Assembly (NCBI GenBank): GCA_963675745.2
Contig: CAXXWX010000026.1
Location: 320,001-384,000, forward strand
DNA length: 64,000 nt
Reading direction: 5' to 3'
Source of the DNA: Phycisphaerae bacterium
GTDB lineage: Bacteria; Planctomycetota; Phycisphaerae; UBA1845; Fen-1342
Shown: in pieces, positions 40,995 to 51,100 of the stretch
Layout: each line of letters opens with the position of its first letter
How positions within the stretch are numbered: position 1 is the stretch's first letter
Notes under the pieces: model-generated
Told to the model about the DNA's origin: nothing
The model's database searches: none
What the model saw: only the letters and a program-made list of their open reading frames with translations
Made by a program: the position numbers and the translations under genes

Positions 40995-41522
40995 TCAGCT
41001 CGGTCTCAGGAATGGATATGCGGCGGGGCTTTCGCTTCCGAAATACGCCAGCACCGGACCTGCGAACCAGGCATCGATGTGCAAGCCGAATGTTCGCCGG
41101 CCGTGCAGGGCAGCCGTATCAAGATGACGGCGCGCGCGTGTGATCAGCGTCGCCGTCCCACGCGTGATGCCTCGGTGCCGCTGCAAGTGGGCTGCTGAAA
41201 CCTGGATAAGGCATTGCAGGGCGTGGCGGAGTGGGTGGGCGAGTGCGAAACAGCGCCAGATACCCTCCCACACCTCGTGCGCCTCCCACCAGTACGCATG
41301 GTTGTACAGATCAACGCCACGGCAGAACTGCGCGGCGTTGCGCCACCGGCCGGCTTCGAGCGCCTCGGCCTCGGCCGCACAGTCCACGGCGGACGCACCG
41401 TGCGAGTGTCCCGCCGGATCGAGCACAGGATGTGGGTTCACCCCCGGGACAAACCGATAGGCCGGCAGCGGTTGAGTGGTCAGACGCGGACATCGTGGAT
41501 CAGGCGGCAGCGGCTCAGTCAC
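40995..41522 (-). CDS. DUF309-like protein
   Basis: GVDLYNHAYWWEAHEVWEGIW and LIQVSAA pattern. Confidence 0.75.
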   Translation of the reverse strand: MTEPLPPDPRCPRLTTQPLPAYRFVPGVNPHPVLDPAGHSHGASAVDCAAEAEALEAGRWRNAAQFCRGVDLYNHAYWWEAHEVWEGIWRCFALAHPLRHALQCLIQVSAAHLQRHRGITRGTATLITRARRHLDTAALHGRRTFGLHIDAWFAGPVLAYFGSESPAAYPFLRPS

Positions 41523-42367
41523 GGTGTTTCAACATCGCCGGGACTGGATGGTTCGATGATGCGCAGCGGTTCGATGATCTCCTCGAAGCCGCGCGGCGTC
41601 TTGATCTCGAACGTATCCGCGGGCACCCCCTTGTTGAGCTTAACGTCATCGAACGTCACCGTGATGTGCGCGTCGATGCGCCCGGTTCCCGCCTTTTTCG
41701 ATGTCTTGACCTTGAGCGGCAAACCGTGCAGCCGACCTTCCCGCGCGACCCAGAAATGCATCGTTGCATAGCGCTTGTGCGTTTGTGTACCGACGTGAGG
41801 CGTGAGCACAAGGTGATCCGTATTCTCGGGGTCGTCGTCGGACGGCGGTGCCAGCTTGACGTCGAACTCATTGAGAATATCGCTTTTTGTCTGGCCGAAC
41901 GGCACCGGGAACGGTCCCTCGCCGAGCTTGTATGGATCACTGGTGTCGTCGGCCTGACGCACTTCGCGCCGCGTGACGAACTTCGTGTTGGCATCCAGTT
42001 CGACGTACCAGCGACCATCAAAAAGGTACTGTTCGTCCATCGGCCGGCGGACGCGGCCGACTCGATGGCGAAAGTGTACCTTGAATTTCGCGACCGGGTC
42101 CGCCTGCGCATACCACAGCATGCCGCTCTTTACCGTCTGTTCATCTTCGTCATCGATCTCGTGGCGCAATGTCCACGTGATTTCGGCTTGCAGATCGTGC
42201 ACCTTCTGTCGCTCGACCTGCATCAGGATTTCGTCGACTTTGGGGTCGAGCGCGGGCCGCGACGTCGGGCGCGTGTCCTGCCCAGCCGCGACGCCAAGGC
42301 CCACAGCCGCTATCATGCTGGCCGCCACGTACGTGTGTATCATGCTCTGCATCCAGGAGACCTCCAC
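41519..42367 (-). CDS. LolA-like periplasmic carrier protein
   Basis: Signal-like N-terminus; YLFDGRWY; C-terminal VTFDDVKLNKGVPADTFEIKTP typical of the LolA fold. Confidence 0.6.
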   Translation of the reverse strand: MEVSWMQSMIHTYVAASMIAAVGLGVAAGQDTRPTSRPALDPKVDEILMQVERQKVHDLQAEITWTLRHEIDDEDEQTVKSGMLWYAQADPVAKFKVHFRHRVGRVRRPMDEQYLFDGRWYVELDANTKFVTRREVRQADDTSDPYKLGEGPFPVPFGQTKSDILNEFDVKLAPPSDDDPENTDHLVLTPHVGTQTHKRYATMHFWVAREGRLHGLPLKVKTSKKAGTGRIDAHITVTFDDVKLNKGVPADTFEIKTPRGFEEIIEPLRIIEPSSPGDVETP

Positions 42368-42461
42368 TGCTGCGCCGCTGAGATTCTAAGGGCAGCGAGA
42401 GAGCTGCGAAACCGCCGTGCCGGCGTTTGGCGCGGTACAACCAGGCGCGATTCCGTTTGCC

Positions 42462-43757
42462 ATGCCTTTGATATTTGACCTGATCTACGGGCTGTTGGTT
42501 TGTGTCGGCTGGCCATATCTGGTCTACCGGCGGCTCACCCGTGGTCCGGGGAGCCTGGCGCTGGGTGAGCGGCTGGGAGGCGTCGCATCCCGCCCGGTCG
42601 GCGGCAACTGCGTATGGTTGCATGGCGTGTCTCTGGGCGAGATCAACGCCACCGTCACGCTGGTCAAAGAACTGCGCCAGCGCTGCCCGGAAACCGTTGT
42701 GGTCATCAGCAGCACCACCAAGACCGGCCTGGCCCGGGCACGGCAGCTATATCCGCACCTGACCGTCTTCCGCTTCCCACTGGATTTCTCGTTCATCATC
42801 AGACGCCTGCTGCGGCGCGTGCGCCCCAGCGTTATCGTCCTGATGGAACTCGAGGTCTGGCCCAACCTGATGGAAGTTGCCAATGCCCACGACATCCCCA
42901 TCATGGTCGCCAACGCGCGCATCACCGAAGACGGCAGCATGCGGCGTTTTCGCAGTCCGGCACTGCGCTGGCTGGCTCGCCGCATGTTCGGTCAACTCGC
43001 CTGGATCGGCGCGCAAGACGAGGCGTATGCGTCGCGTTTCATCGAAGTCGGGGCCAAAGCCGATCGCGTACACGTCATCGGATCACTCAAGTACGATACG
43101 GCGGCCGTCACGGACGAGGTGCCCGGTCAGCGGGAAGTTGCCGAGGAAATGGGGATCGATGTCGCCAGACCATTGTGGGTATGCGGCAGCACGGGGCCAT
43201 CTGAAGAAGCCGTGATCCTCACCGCGCACACGCGTCTCCGTGAGCACTTCCCAGAGCTCCAGCTCGTAGTCGTCCCGCGCAAGCCTGAACGCTTCGACGA
43301 GGTCGCCCGGCTGATCGTCGCGGGTGGATATGCATGTCTGCGGCGAAGCGGTGGTCCACCGAGCCTGCCGCCCGATTCGGTCGAGCCCCCGCCCGTGTTT
43401 CTGGGCGATACCATGGGCGAGCTGCGGAAATTCTACGCGCTGGCGACCATCGTGTTTGTGGGGCGCAGCCTGGTGCCAATGGGAGGATCGGACGTGATGG
43501 AAGTGGCCGGCCTCGCCAAGCCGATCCTCGTGGGGCCCCATACCGATAACTTCACGGACGCGGTCAACCTGTTGCGGGCCGAGGGCGCCTGTCGCGTTGT
43601 GAACTGTGCCGACGGGCTCGTGGCGGCGATCTCCGACCTGCTCAGACACCCTGAGAAGCGTCACACGATGGGACGGGCCGGACGGGCCGTGGTGATATCG
43701 CGTCAGGGGGCCACATCGCGGACGGTTGACGCGATTCTGACGCGATGCGGCATCTAG
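42462..43757 (+). CDS. waaA: 3-deoxy-D-manno-octulosonic acid (Kdo) transferase
   Basis: WLHGVSLGE, FPLD, MELEVWPN, NARI, GSLKYD, VPRKPERF, DTMGEL, FVGRSL, GPHTDNF. Confidence 0.93.
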   Translation: MPLIFDLIYGLLVCVGWPYLVYRRLTRGPGSLALGERLGGVASRPVGGNCVWLHGVSLGEINATVTLVKELRQRCPETVVVISSTTKTGLARARQLYPHLTVFRFPLDFSFIIRRLLRRVRPSVIVLMELEVWPNLMEVANAHDIPIMVANARITEDGSMRRFRSPALRWLARRMFGQLAWIGAQDEAYASRFIEVGAKADRVHVIGSLKYDTAAVTDEVPGQREVAEEMGIDVARPLWVCGSTGPSEEAVILTAHTRLREHFPELQLVVVPRKPERFDEVARLIVAGGYACLRRSGGPPSLPPDSVEPPPVFLGDTMGELRKFYALATIVFVGRSLVPMGGSDVMEVAGLAKPILVGPHTDNFTDAVNLLRAEGACRVVNCADGLVAAISDLLRHPEKRHTMGRAGRAVVISRQGATSRTVDAILTRCGI

Positions 43758-43785
43758 GCGGGATTGCTTGGGCCGATAGAAGCGC

Positions 43786-43833
43786 AAAAAAACGATTGGA
43801 CGAGCATCGCGGAGGGGCGTACCTCGTCCAATC
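43786..43833 (-). terminator. Rho-independent terminator on the minus strand
   Basis: 11-bp stem GATTGGACGAG/CTCGTCCAATC with A7 on its left (U7 on the minus strand). Confidence 0.75.
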
Positions 43834-43987
43834 CGGGCCCTCCTCCATCAAGTCTGTGTGGATGAGAAGGCCGTTGCCACGAGAGCAGGCAATACCTGAG
43901 CTCGTTCACAGGGACGCTGACGCGCGGGTAAAGCGCCATCACGGGCCCTGGTTGCTACCTAGCTGAAAGTCCCAGCCGGAAGCGATT
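43786..43987 (-). ncRNA. Candidate structured non-coding RNA of unknown family
   Basis: Bounded by a promoter-like TTGATT-N18-TAGTAT (44024-43995) and the terminator; four hairpins closed by GGGCCC/GGGCCC; no credible ORF. Confidence 0.45.
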
Positions 43988-44160
43988 CCAGACAATACTA
44001 GGCACCCAAGTCCGGCAAAATCAAACTCGAAAGCGGGAAGAAAAATCCGAATTGGGCCAGACGACGACACCGAAAGGCGGCAGGGCCACGACACGCCAAA
44101 GCGTTGAGGGGTCTGGCGCGAACCGCGACCTTCGAGCCGGTTTACGGTAATATTGCTGTG

Positions 44161-44556
44161 ATGGCACGACGCGAAAATCACCAGCTTGACGGTTGGCTAT
44201 TCATTAGCGCCTTGGTTGGTATATGGCTGCTACCCGCCACTGGCTGTCAGCATCCCGGCGAAGCCCGGCGGGCGGCGGCGCGGCGCGAGGCCAGCCTCGC
44301 GCACACTTTCACCATCTACATCAACGCCGAGCAGCAGCGACCGCAGAAGTTTGCTCGTACGATAGACCTGATCGAGCAGCGCGTTTCCACCGACGCCGCC
44401 CGCACCGCAGAATGGCCCCGCAGGTTGTCTCGGTTGATCGAGCGCGACGCGGAGCGCTTTGCGCGGCGGCAGCCGGTCTACCGCGAGGAGATTGTCCGCA
44501 CTTTCAGCGGCCACCCCGAGCGGATGGAGCACAACGCGATCGTGCTGTTCTATTGA
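44161..44556 (+). CDS. Hypothetical lipoprotein
   Basis: Hydrophobic stretch ending ATGC, followed by a helical charged region; fills the gap before rimO. Confidence 0.55.
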   Translation: MARRENHQLDGWLFISALVGIWLLPATGCQHPGEARRAAARREASLAHTFTIYINAEQQRPQKFARTIDLIEQRVSTDAARTAEWPRRLSRLIERDAERFARRQPVYREEIVRTFSGHPERMEHNAIVLFY

Positions 44557-44641
44557 GCTGCCGGCACGGTGGCTTTCAGGGCATCCCCGATCCCGATAGC
44601 GGCGCGCTATACTCAATTCAATCAGAGGCGCCCTGACGAGA

Positions 44642-46090
44642 ATGACCGCGGTGTGTGAGAAGAACGACGTCGACAACTCGATTGACGCTGGCGACTGGCC
44701 GGCCGGGGCCGCCGCTCAAGGTCCGGTTGCGCGCGTGCCGGTCGTGGCGTTTGTGTCGCTGGGGTGCGCCAAGAATCTGGTCGACTCTGAGAAGATGCTG
44801 GGCCAGATCGCCGAATCCGGCGCGGTGCTCACCGGTGACGAAGCCGCCGCCGACACTATCGTGGTCAACACCTGCGGCTTTCTCGATTCCGCACGGGAAG
44901 AGGCGCTCGAAGTGCTTGGCGAATTGGCCGAACGCAAGCGCGCCGGTCGCCTCCGGCGTATCGTCGTGGCTGGCTGCCTTGTGCAGCGCGATGGCGAGCG
45001 CATCCGAGACGCCGTTCCCGAGGTGGACGCGCTTGTCGGTGTCAACAACCGCGCCGATGTCGTGCGGGCCGTGTGGCGGATGGACCGCGATGCGGAAGTG
45101 GAACTTCATCTCGGCGACTATCACCCACAACCGTGGAACGACCAGGGGCGCCTGCGGCTCACGCCACGTCACTACGCATACGTTCGCATCAGCGAGGGTT
45201 GCGACCAGAAGTGTACGTTTTGCACGATTCCGTCCATACGCGGGCCGATGCACAGCAAGGCCCCGGACGCCCTGGTGGCCGAGTGCCGCGAGCTCATCGC
45301 TGACGGCGCTCGTGAGCTGGTGCTGATCGGCCAGGACACCACGAGTTATGGGCGGGACATCGAATATGCCCCGGGGTTGGCTGGATTGCTGCGTCGTTTC
45401 GACGCGGACTTGGTGGACGCGCGCTGGCTCAGGTTGATGTACGTTTACCCGTCCGTCATGACCAACGATGTGATTGACGCTTTGGCCGAGTGCGAACGCA
45501 TCGTGAAATACGTCGATATTCCCCTGCAACATATCAACGACCGGGTGCTTAGGCGCATGGGACGCAGGGTGACGCGCCGTCAGACAGAGACACTGCTGGA
45601 AAAGCTGCGCACACGCATCCCGGGTGTCACGCTGCGCACCACTTTCATAGTGGGATTTCCAGGAGAGACCGACGCCGAGTTCGACGAATTGGAGACGTTC
45701 GTCAGCGAGTTCGGCTTTGATGCGGCGGGCGCGTTCATGTTTTCGCTTGAGCCCGACACGCCCGCGGGGCGCATGGTGGATCAGCTTGATCCGGAGCTGA
45801 TTGCGGCTCGCCACGAGCGACTGATGTTGACGCAGCAGGAGGTGGCCTTCGCCAAGGCCCGGGCGCTGATCGGCGCTAGCTTTGATGTCGTGGTCGAAGG
45901 AGCAAATGATGCCGGCGAGGCGAGTGCGCGTCATGCCGGACAGGCCCCAGAGGTCGATGCCACCTGCCTGCTGACTGAAGATGTCGGCCAGGCGGGCACT
46001 CTGGCCAGGGTGCGTTGCATCGACACGTCGGACTACGACCTGGTCGTCGAGCCAGTCCGCGAGCCGGCGGGCAGCGACGAGGGGATCTGA
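44642..46090 (+). CDS. rimO: Ribosomal protein S12 methylthiotransferase
   Basis: SLGCAKNLVDSE, NTCGF, ISEGCDQKCTFC (radical SAM CxxxCxxC), LIGQDTT, DIPLQH, APEVDA; TRAM C-terminus. Confidence 0.93.
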   Translation: MTAVCEKNDVDNSIDAGDWPAGAAAQGPVARVPVVAFVSLGCAKNLVDSEKMLGQIAESGAVLTGDEAAADTIVVNTCGFLDSAREEALEVLGELAERKRAGRLRRIVVAGCLVQRDGERIRDAVPEVDALVGVNNRADVVRAVWRMDRDAEVELHLGDYHPQPWNDQGRLRLTPRHYAYVRISEGCDQKCTFCTIPSIRGPMHSKAPDALVAECRELIADGARELVLIGQDTTSYGRDIEYAPGLAGLLRRFDADLVDARWLRLMYVYPSVMTNDVIDALAECERIVKYVDIPLQHINDRVLRRMGRRVTRRQTETLLEKLRTRIPGVTLRTTFIVGFPGETDAEFDELETFVSEFGFDAAGAFMFSLEPDTPAGRMVDQLDPELIAARHERLMLTQQEVAFAKARALIGASFDVVVEGANDAGEASARHAGQAPEVDATCLLTEDVGQAGTLARVRCIDTSDYDLVVEPVREPAGSDEGI

Positions 46091-46557
46091 TACTGCAAGC
46101 CGCTTTTGCGCGAGCGGGACAGGCACGCCGTCACTGACGCCTGCGGCAGTGTTGCCCGGCTTGATTCCGCCAGCGACAACCCGGAAGGACTCCGCGGGCC
46201 GGCTTGACGAATGCGCGGTTTTCGCCACTTGCATCTATGCTGTGATGGGGACCATGCTCCGAGAATATCTGCGCTCGCCCACCATTGGCGGGTCCGTCAC
46301 CGTGTGCCCGATACCTTATGGGGCCACGCTCAGCCCGGTCTCGTCGGTCGCCCCGTACACGCCTCAAGCGTCGTGGCATCGTCCGCCGATTTCCAAGGCT
46401 GTCAGGCAAGTCATCATGATTGAGCCTGGCACCCTTCGGAATCTTCCACCGGCGAAATGGATGAGCCGGGTGATAGTCTGATACCCGGAATTAGCCTGCC
46501 GGGTCCGCGTGGAGTGCGGCGCATATCGCGGGCTGTTGTCGCTACGGAGGCGCATCC

Positions 46558-47370
46558 ATGACCGTTCCCCTGCTCACCCGTTATCTGCAACCGCTGCTGG
46601 CTGGTCGTCGCGCTGAGTGCTTTCAGATGATCGCCGCGGCCGCTGACGATGGACATGCGGCTGAAGACCTCATCTGCAACGTCGTCTGGCCGGCCATGTC
46701 ACAGGTTGAGCGCCTGTACCAGGACGACCGCATCAACGCCGCCGTCGAGCACATGGCCCACCGCATCAACCGCACGGTTGCCGATCAGTTGCAGGCTCGC
46801 CTGCCCGTTCGTGAGCGAAACGGCCGCTGTATCGTCATCGCCTGTGCCGACCAGTTTCGCGAGGAGCTGGGCGCCCAGATGCTCGCCGATCTTTTCCAGG
46901 CTGACGGCTGGGAGGTGTATTTCGTCGGCGGGGGCATCCCGGACGATGAGCTGCTCACGGTTGTCGGACAACACCGCCCGCAGGCCTTGCTCATCTTCGG
47001 CACCGATCCACAGCAGGTGCCGGCCACGCGACGTATGATCGAACTCATCCGCGAGATCGACGTGTGCCCCACGATGAACATAGTCATCAGCGGCGGGGTG
47101 TTCAACCGCGCCGAAGGCTTGTGGCAGGAAGTGGGTGCGGACGCCTTCGCACCGACCGCTCTCGAGGTCATCCAGCTCGTCACTGAGCTTCCGCCGCGCG
47201 TGCCGGGACCGCCACGCCGCGGAACCGTCAAGAAGCGTCAGCGGCGTCGGCGCGGCTCAGCGAAGCAAGCCACCAAGACCATCTCGAAAGATGAAATGCC
47301 CGTGCCGCCGGTCGTGGCGGAGGCTCGCCAGGCCTCGTTGCCCGGCCTTGCGGGATTGCCACGCGTATAA
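46558..47370 (+). CDS. Cobalamin-binding-domain protein (cap + Rossmann), His ligand absent
   Basis: VVWPAMSQVERLY...AVEHMA cap; EELGAQMLADLF..DGWEVYFVG; GGAGG RBS. Confidence 0.75.
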   Translation: MTVPLLTRYLQPLLAGRRAECFQMIAAAADDGHAAEDLICNVVWPAMSQVERLYQDDRINAAVEHMAHRINRTVADQLQARLPVRERNGRCIVIACADQFREELGAQMLADLFQADGWEVYFVGGGIPDDELLTVVGQHRPQALLIFGTDPQQVPATRRMIELIREIDVCPTMNIVISGGVFNRAEGLWQEVGADAFAPTALEVIQLVTELPPRVPGPPRRGTVKKRQRRRRGSAKQATKTISKDEMPVPPVVAEARQASLPGLAGLPRV

Positions 47371-47515
47371 GACCTGCGCCGGCAGGAGATCCGCGTTGCG
47401 GCGTATGGAGCGACTTCCATGGAATTGTGGCGTCGCCCCGCGCGTCGCACGCACACCGGCCCCGCCACCTGCGGTTGATCGAGGCGGCGGCGGCCACACT
47501 TGCAACGATCAGGCC

Positions 47516-47914
47516 CTACCGGTTGACATCATCGGCACCTACGCCGATCGCCGATGCCACCGCGTATTCACCGGCGTGTGAGATGGACATGAGAATCCGG
47601 GAGATACCCGCACTGCGCGCGGCATCCGCCGCGGCGTGATGCAGGGTCACCTCGGGCTTGCCGAGTGCATCCGGCAGCGTCTCTATCTGCGTCCACTCCA
47701 GCCCGCCGCGCAAACCGGTCCCCAGCACCTTTAGAACGGCCTCCTTGGCGGCAAAACGCCCGGCCAGCCTCACCGCCGGGTACTTGCAGTCGAGGCAGTA
47801 ACGCTGCTCGGCCGGCGTGTAGAGACGCGCAAGGAACCGGTCGGCGTGCGTGCGCCACATACGCTCGATGCGCTCGCAGAGCACGATGTCCACGCCGTGG
47901 GCTACTGTGTTCAT
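47516..47914 (-). CDS. acpS: Holo-[acyl-carrier-protein] synthase
   Basis: HGVDIV, RLYTPAE, AGRFAAKEAVLKVLGTG, GKP, SISH. Confidence 0.93.
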   Translation of the reverse strand: MNTVAHGVDIVLCERIERMWRTHADRFLARLYTPAEQRYCLDCKYPAVRLAGRFAAKEAVLKVLGTGLRGGLEWTQIETLPDALGKPEVTLHHAAADAARSAGISRILMSISHAGEYAVASAIGVGADDVNR

Positions 47915-47959
47915 ACGGTACATTCTCAGAGCCTGGGCGGGGGATGACAAGGGACTCAA

Positions 47960-47987
47960 GGGAACAGGGAACAGGGAACAGGGAACG
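47960..47987. repeat. Tandem heptamer (GGGAACA)x4
   Basis: gggaaca gggaaca gggaaca gggaacg upstream of acpS. Confidence 0.8.
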
Positions 47988-48068
47988 GCTGTGGGCGTCT
48001 TGCGCGTGAGGTCGTTGTCGGAAGCGTCGAATGTGCCGCGGCCACGTGACCAGGCAGTTGATAGACAA

Positions 48069-48105
48069 GCGGGCTGGGAGCCGCGAATCACGACTCCCAG
48101 CCCGC
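48069..48105 (-). terminator. Terminator-like hairpin after the giant dockerin gene
   Basis: 12-bp stem GCGGGCTGGGAG/CTCCCAGCCCGC; weak U tail. Confidence 0.6.
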
Positions 48106-48139
48106 GCTGGTTACCTCACAGACAGGTTACCACAGTCTA

Positions 48140-51100
48140 TCACGGTGACAGCAGCACGACGAACGGATCGATGTCGCCGTTATTGACGTAGGTGTCACCG
48201 TTGATATCCGCCAGATTGATATCGCAGTCCGGGTACGCGGCTGCGTACGCGCCGGGGTCATTCAACGCCAGCACGAACGGATCGATATCACCGTTGTTTA
48301 CAAAGCCGTCGCAATTCATGTCGCCCGCCTCATAGGCTGGTGCGGCCGGCATCAGCAAGATGTCCATCTTGATCGGCTTGGTCATATCGATGATCGGGCT
48401 CGGGACGTTGGTCACCGAGCTCGTCACGATGCGTGCCCAGCGCTGGTTGTCAGTGTCCAGCCAGAACCATGAGAGTTCCTGGGACTGGCCGGGATTGCCC
48501 TGGGCGGCGGTAGTGATGCTGTAATCCGGCGGCTCGACCAGGTCCGGATCGGTGCTGCCTGAGAAACCAGGCTCCTGGAAGAGCGTCTCGGAGTTCGGGT
48601 CAAAGCCCTCAAAGTCGCAGACGGTGAAGTCCGGCGAACCGGCGCCCACGTTGATGACATTGTCCACGTACATCACATACGCACCAGCACTGCGATCGGG
48701 CGAGTTGGCATCGACCGAGACAGCCAGGTGCTCGATGGTGCCGTAGGTGCCATCGAGGATGCCATCGCCGGTCCAACCGGTAACGTAATTCGGATCGGTC
48801 GGATCGAACACGAGCGTCTGCCAGTCGTTCGACGGACTGACCGCCATACCGATCGGAGCACCACCGGCGGTTTCACCCGTGGCACCGATCCATTCGATGG
48901 TGCCGGACGTACCGCCTTCAGTACCGAGATCGGCCGGACCGAGCAGGCCGTTCGGGTCAACCTCGCGGACACCGATGCAGATCAGGATGTCGCCGTTACC
49001 GTCGCCGACTTCCTGCGGCACCGAGGCTTCGGTACCGATGGCGTTGGTGACCTCGGCGGTGATGCGCTCGAGGTGAACCAGCGCACGGTTGAGCCCGATG
49101 TCGATGCTGCCGGTAGTGACAGCGCCGGCGTAGGAGCCGAGCTCAACATCGTTTGCATCCTTGACGCTTACGTTGGTCACGTCGTCATCGATGTTGATGA
49201 TCGTCACCAGCTCGTCGCCGGCCATCGGCGGCGCTACCGCGGGCGGGTTCGGCGGCCGCACACCAAAGCGGACCGGTCCCGTCTCGATGCAGTAGTCGTC
49301 GTAGTAGCCCGGCTGACCGCTGTAATAACCCGGACCGATGCGCGGAACTTCAAACGTCGGCGCGCCGTCGGGCAGCGGGATGTTCTTCTTCGAGAGCTTG
49401 CCATCGACATATATGTCGATGCGCTGGCCCTTGTGGATCACGGTGAACACGTGCCAACCGACGCTACGATCCGGACCGTCGTACTCGTCAAGATCGGTCC
49501 AGTTTGGACCGCCGTTACCCACGGCGCGGAAGTCGTAGTGAACGTTGTCCGTGTCCGCCCAGCCGAGAATACCGACGTGCATGTAGTACCAGTCGGTTGT
49601 GCCGTCGGCATTGATCTGGGCAAACTGGTTGACGGTCCCGAGCGGATCGACACCAACCGGGTCGTAGATGTTGACGTTCCAGACAACCGGCTCGGTTTCC
49701 GTAGCGGTCAGCTCGCCAATTACGCCAGTCGGGGCGGTAACGCGAGCGCTCGTGCCGCCGGGTGCGAACAGTGACTTAGTGCCACCGGTGGTTGTGTTCT
49801 TGTCGGTCACAAGATCGAGCCGTGTGGTTCCAGTCGGCCAGGCGGCCAGATAGGCGGCTTCGTCATACTCGAAGTCGTCGCAGAGATACTGGACGGTCGT
49901 CGCGGTCGTCACCTTCTCGTACTCGGACTCAACGCTGTCGATGGCGCCGACCGTGTAGTACGCCGTAACGATATCGCCCATTACCAGGCCGCTCACGGAC
50001 ACGTCAACGCGTCCCGGGAAGTTCGGATCCACGGGCGTGCTGTGGAAAGCCTGGTCGTTCGGGTCGTTCGGGTCGGTAACAACGATCGTGGCGCTGTCGG
50101 CCGCCGCATCAAGCTCCATCACATGTATTGACGTGTCACCCTGTGCCGGCGCCTTGTAAATCACCGGCGCGGTAAATGCGACGGTGACGGGCGCGCTCAG
50201 AGCACTGGTAACGCCGTTGACCGTCTGCGTGGCGGTCAGGACGTCGCCGGTTACGACAGTGGAATTGAGCCAGACCACCTGCGTGGTGCCGGTTTGAGCC
50301 GGTGGCGGTGCCGTGCCACCCAGGTTCGGATCGCCGTTGACGTACACCGTCACCGAGTCGGCGCTGGCATAGGCCTTGTCGAGAACGTCAAACACGGTCA
50401 CGACGCCTGACCCGGGTGCGATCGGTGATTGAAGCGTCGGCGGAGGCGTCACAGCGAGGACGCCGAGCGGATACGCCGCATCGCTCTCACCGGCCGGTAG
50501 CGTCTGCTTGGCCGAGATCGACTGGCCGGGTGTGAGTGTCAGGCCGGTGAAGTCAGCCGTGCCGGCGGTTGGCGTAACCGGGGCCACGAGGTTCGGATCA
50601 CCATCGATGTAGAGCGTCGCCGATAATGGCGTTCGGGTCGGTGAGGATGCGGACCGTGGTCTGGTTACCGACAATGATCGGCCCCTCGACCTCGGGCAGC
50701 GGAACCGGGTTCGTCGACTGCGTGCGACACACCATGTGGAACCGAATCGTCGCGGTGCTGTCGGGAATCAGTTGGCTGGTCCCGCACTGCCACCCCACGC
50801 GCTGAAGCATGCCCAGCGAGGGGGCTTCGTGGGAATCAGGGTTGTTCGGATCGTATTCCGGATACGTGTACACGCAGACGGTGACTCGTGTCCGCCGTCA
50901 AGATAGGACAGCGTCGAAAGCGCCGAAACGGACGGGATGCCTTCTCCCTGCGCGTCGCGGTCGTTTTCCAGCCGGTTAACGCCGTCCTCCATGTCGAGGA
51001 TGGTGTCGGTCACCGAGGCCGTTGGGATCGAGGAGCTGCACCTCGTCGATGAAGATCTCCCAGGGACCGAGCGCATCACCGGTGGCTGCGTTCGCGATCG

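Noticed and set aside
43754..43942. 62-aa minus ORF within the ncRNA candidate
   Set aside because: No RBS, runs through the terminator, no recognisable protein features.
22774..46234. Long antisense ORFs (e.g. 22774-24282, 25757-27358, 34692-35834, 44618-46234)
   Set aside because: Typical stop-poor shadows of real genes in GC-rich DNA.
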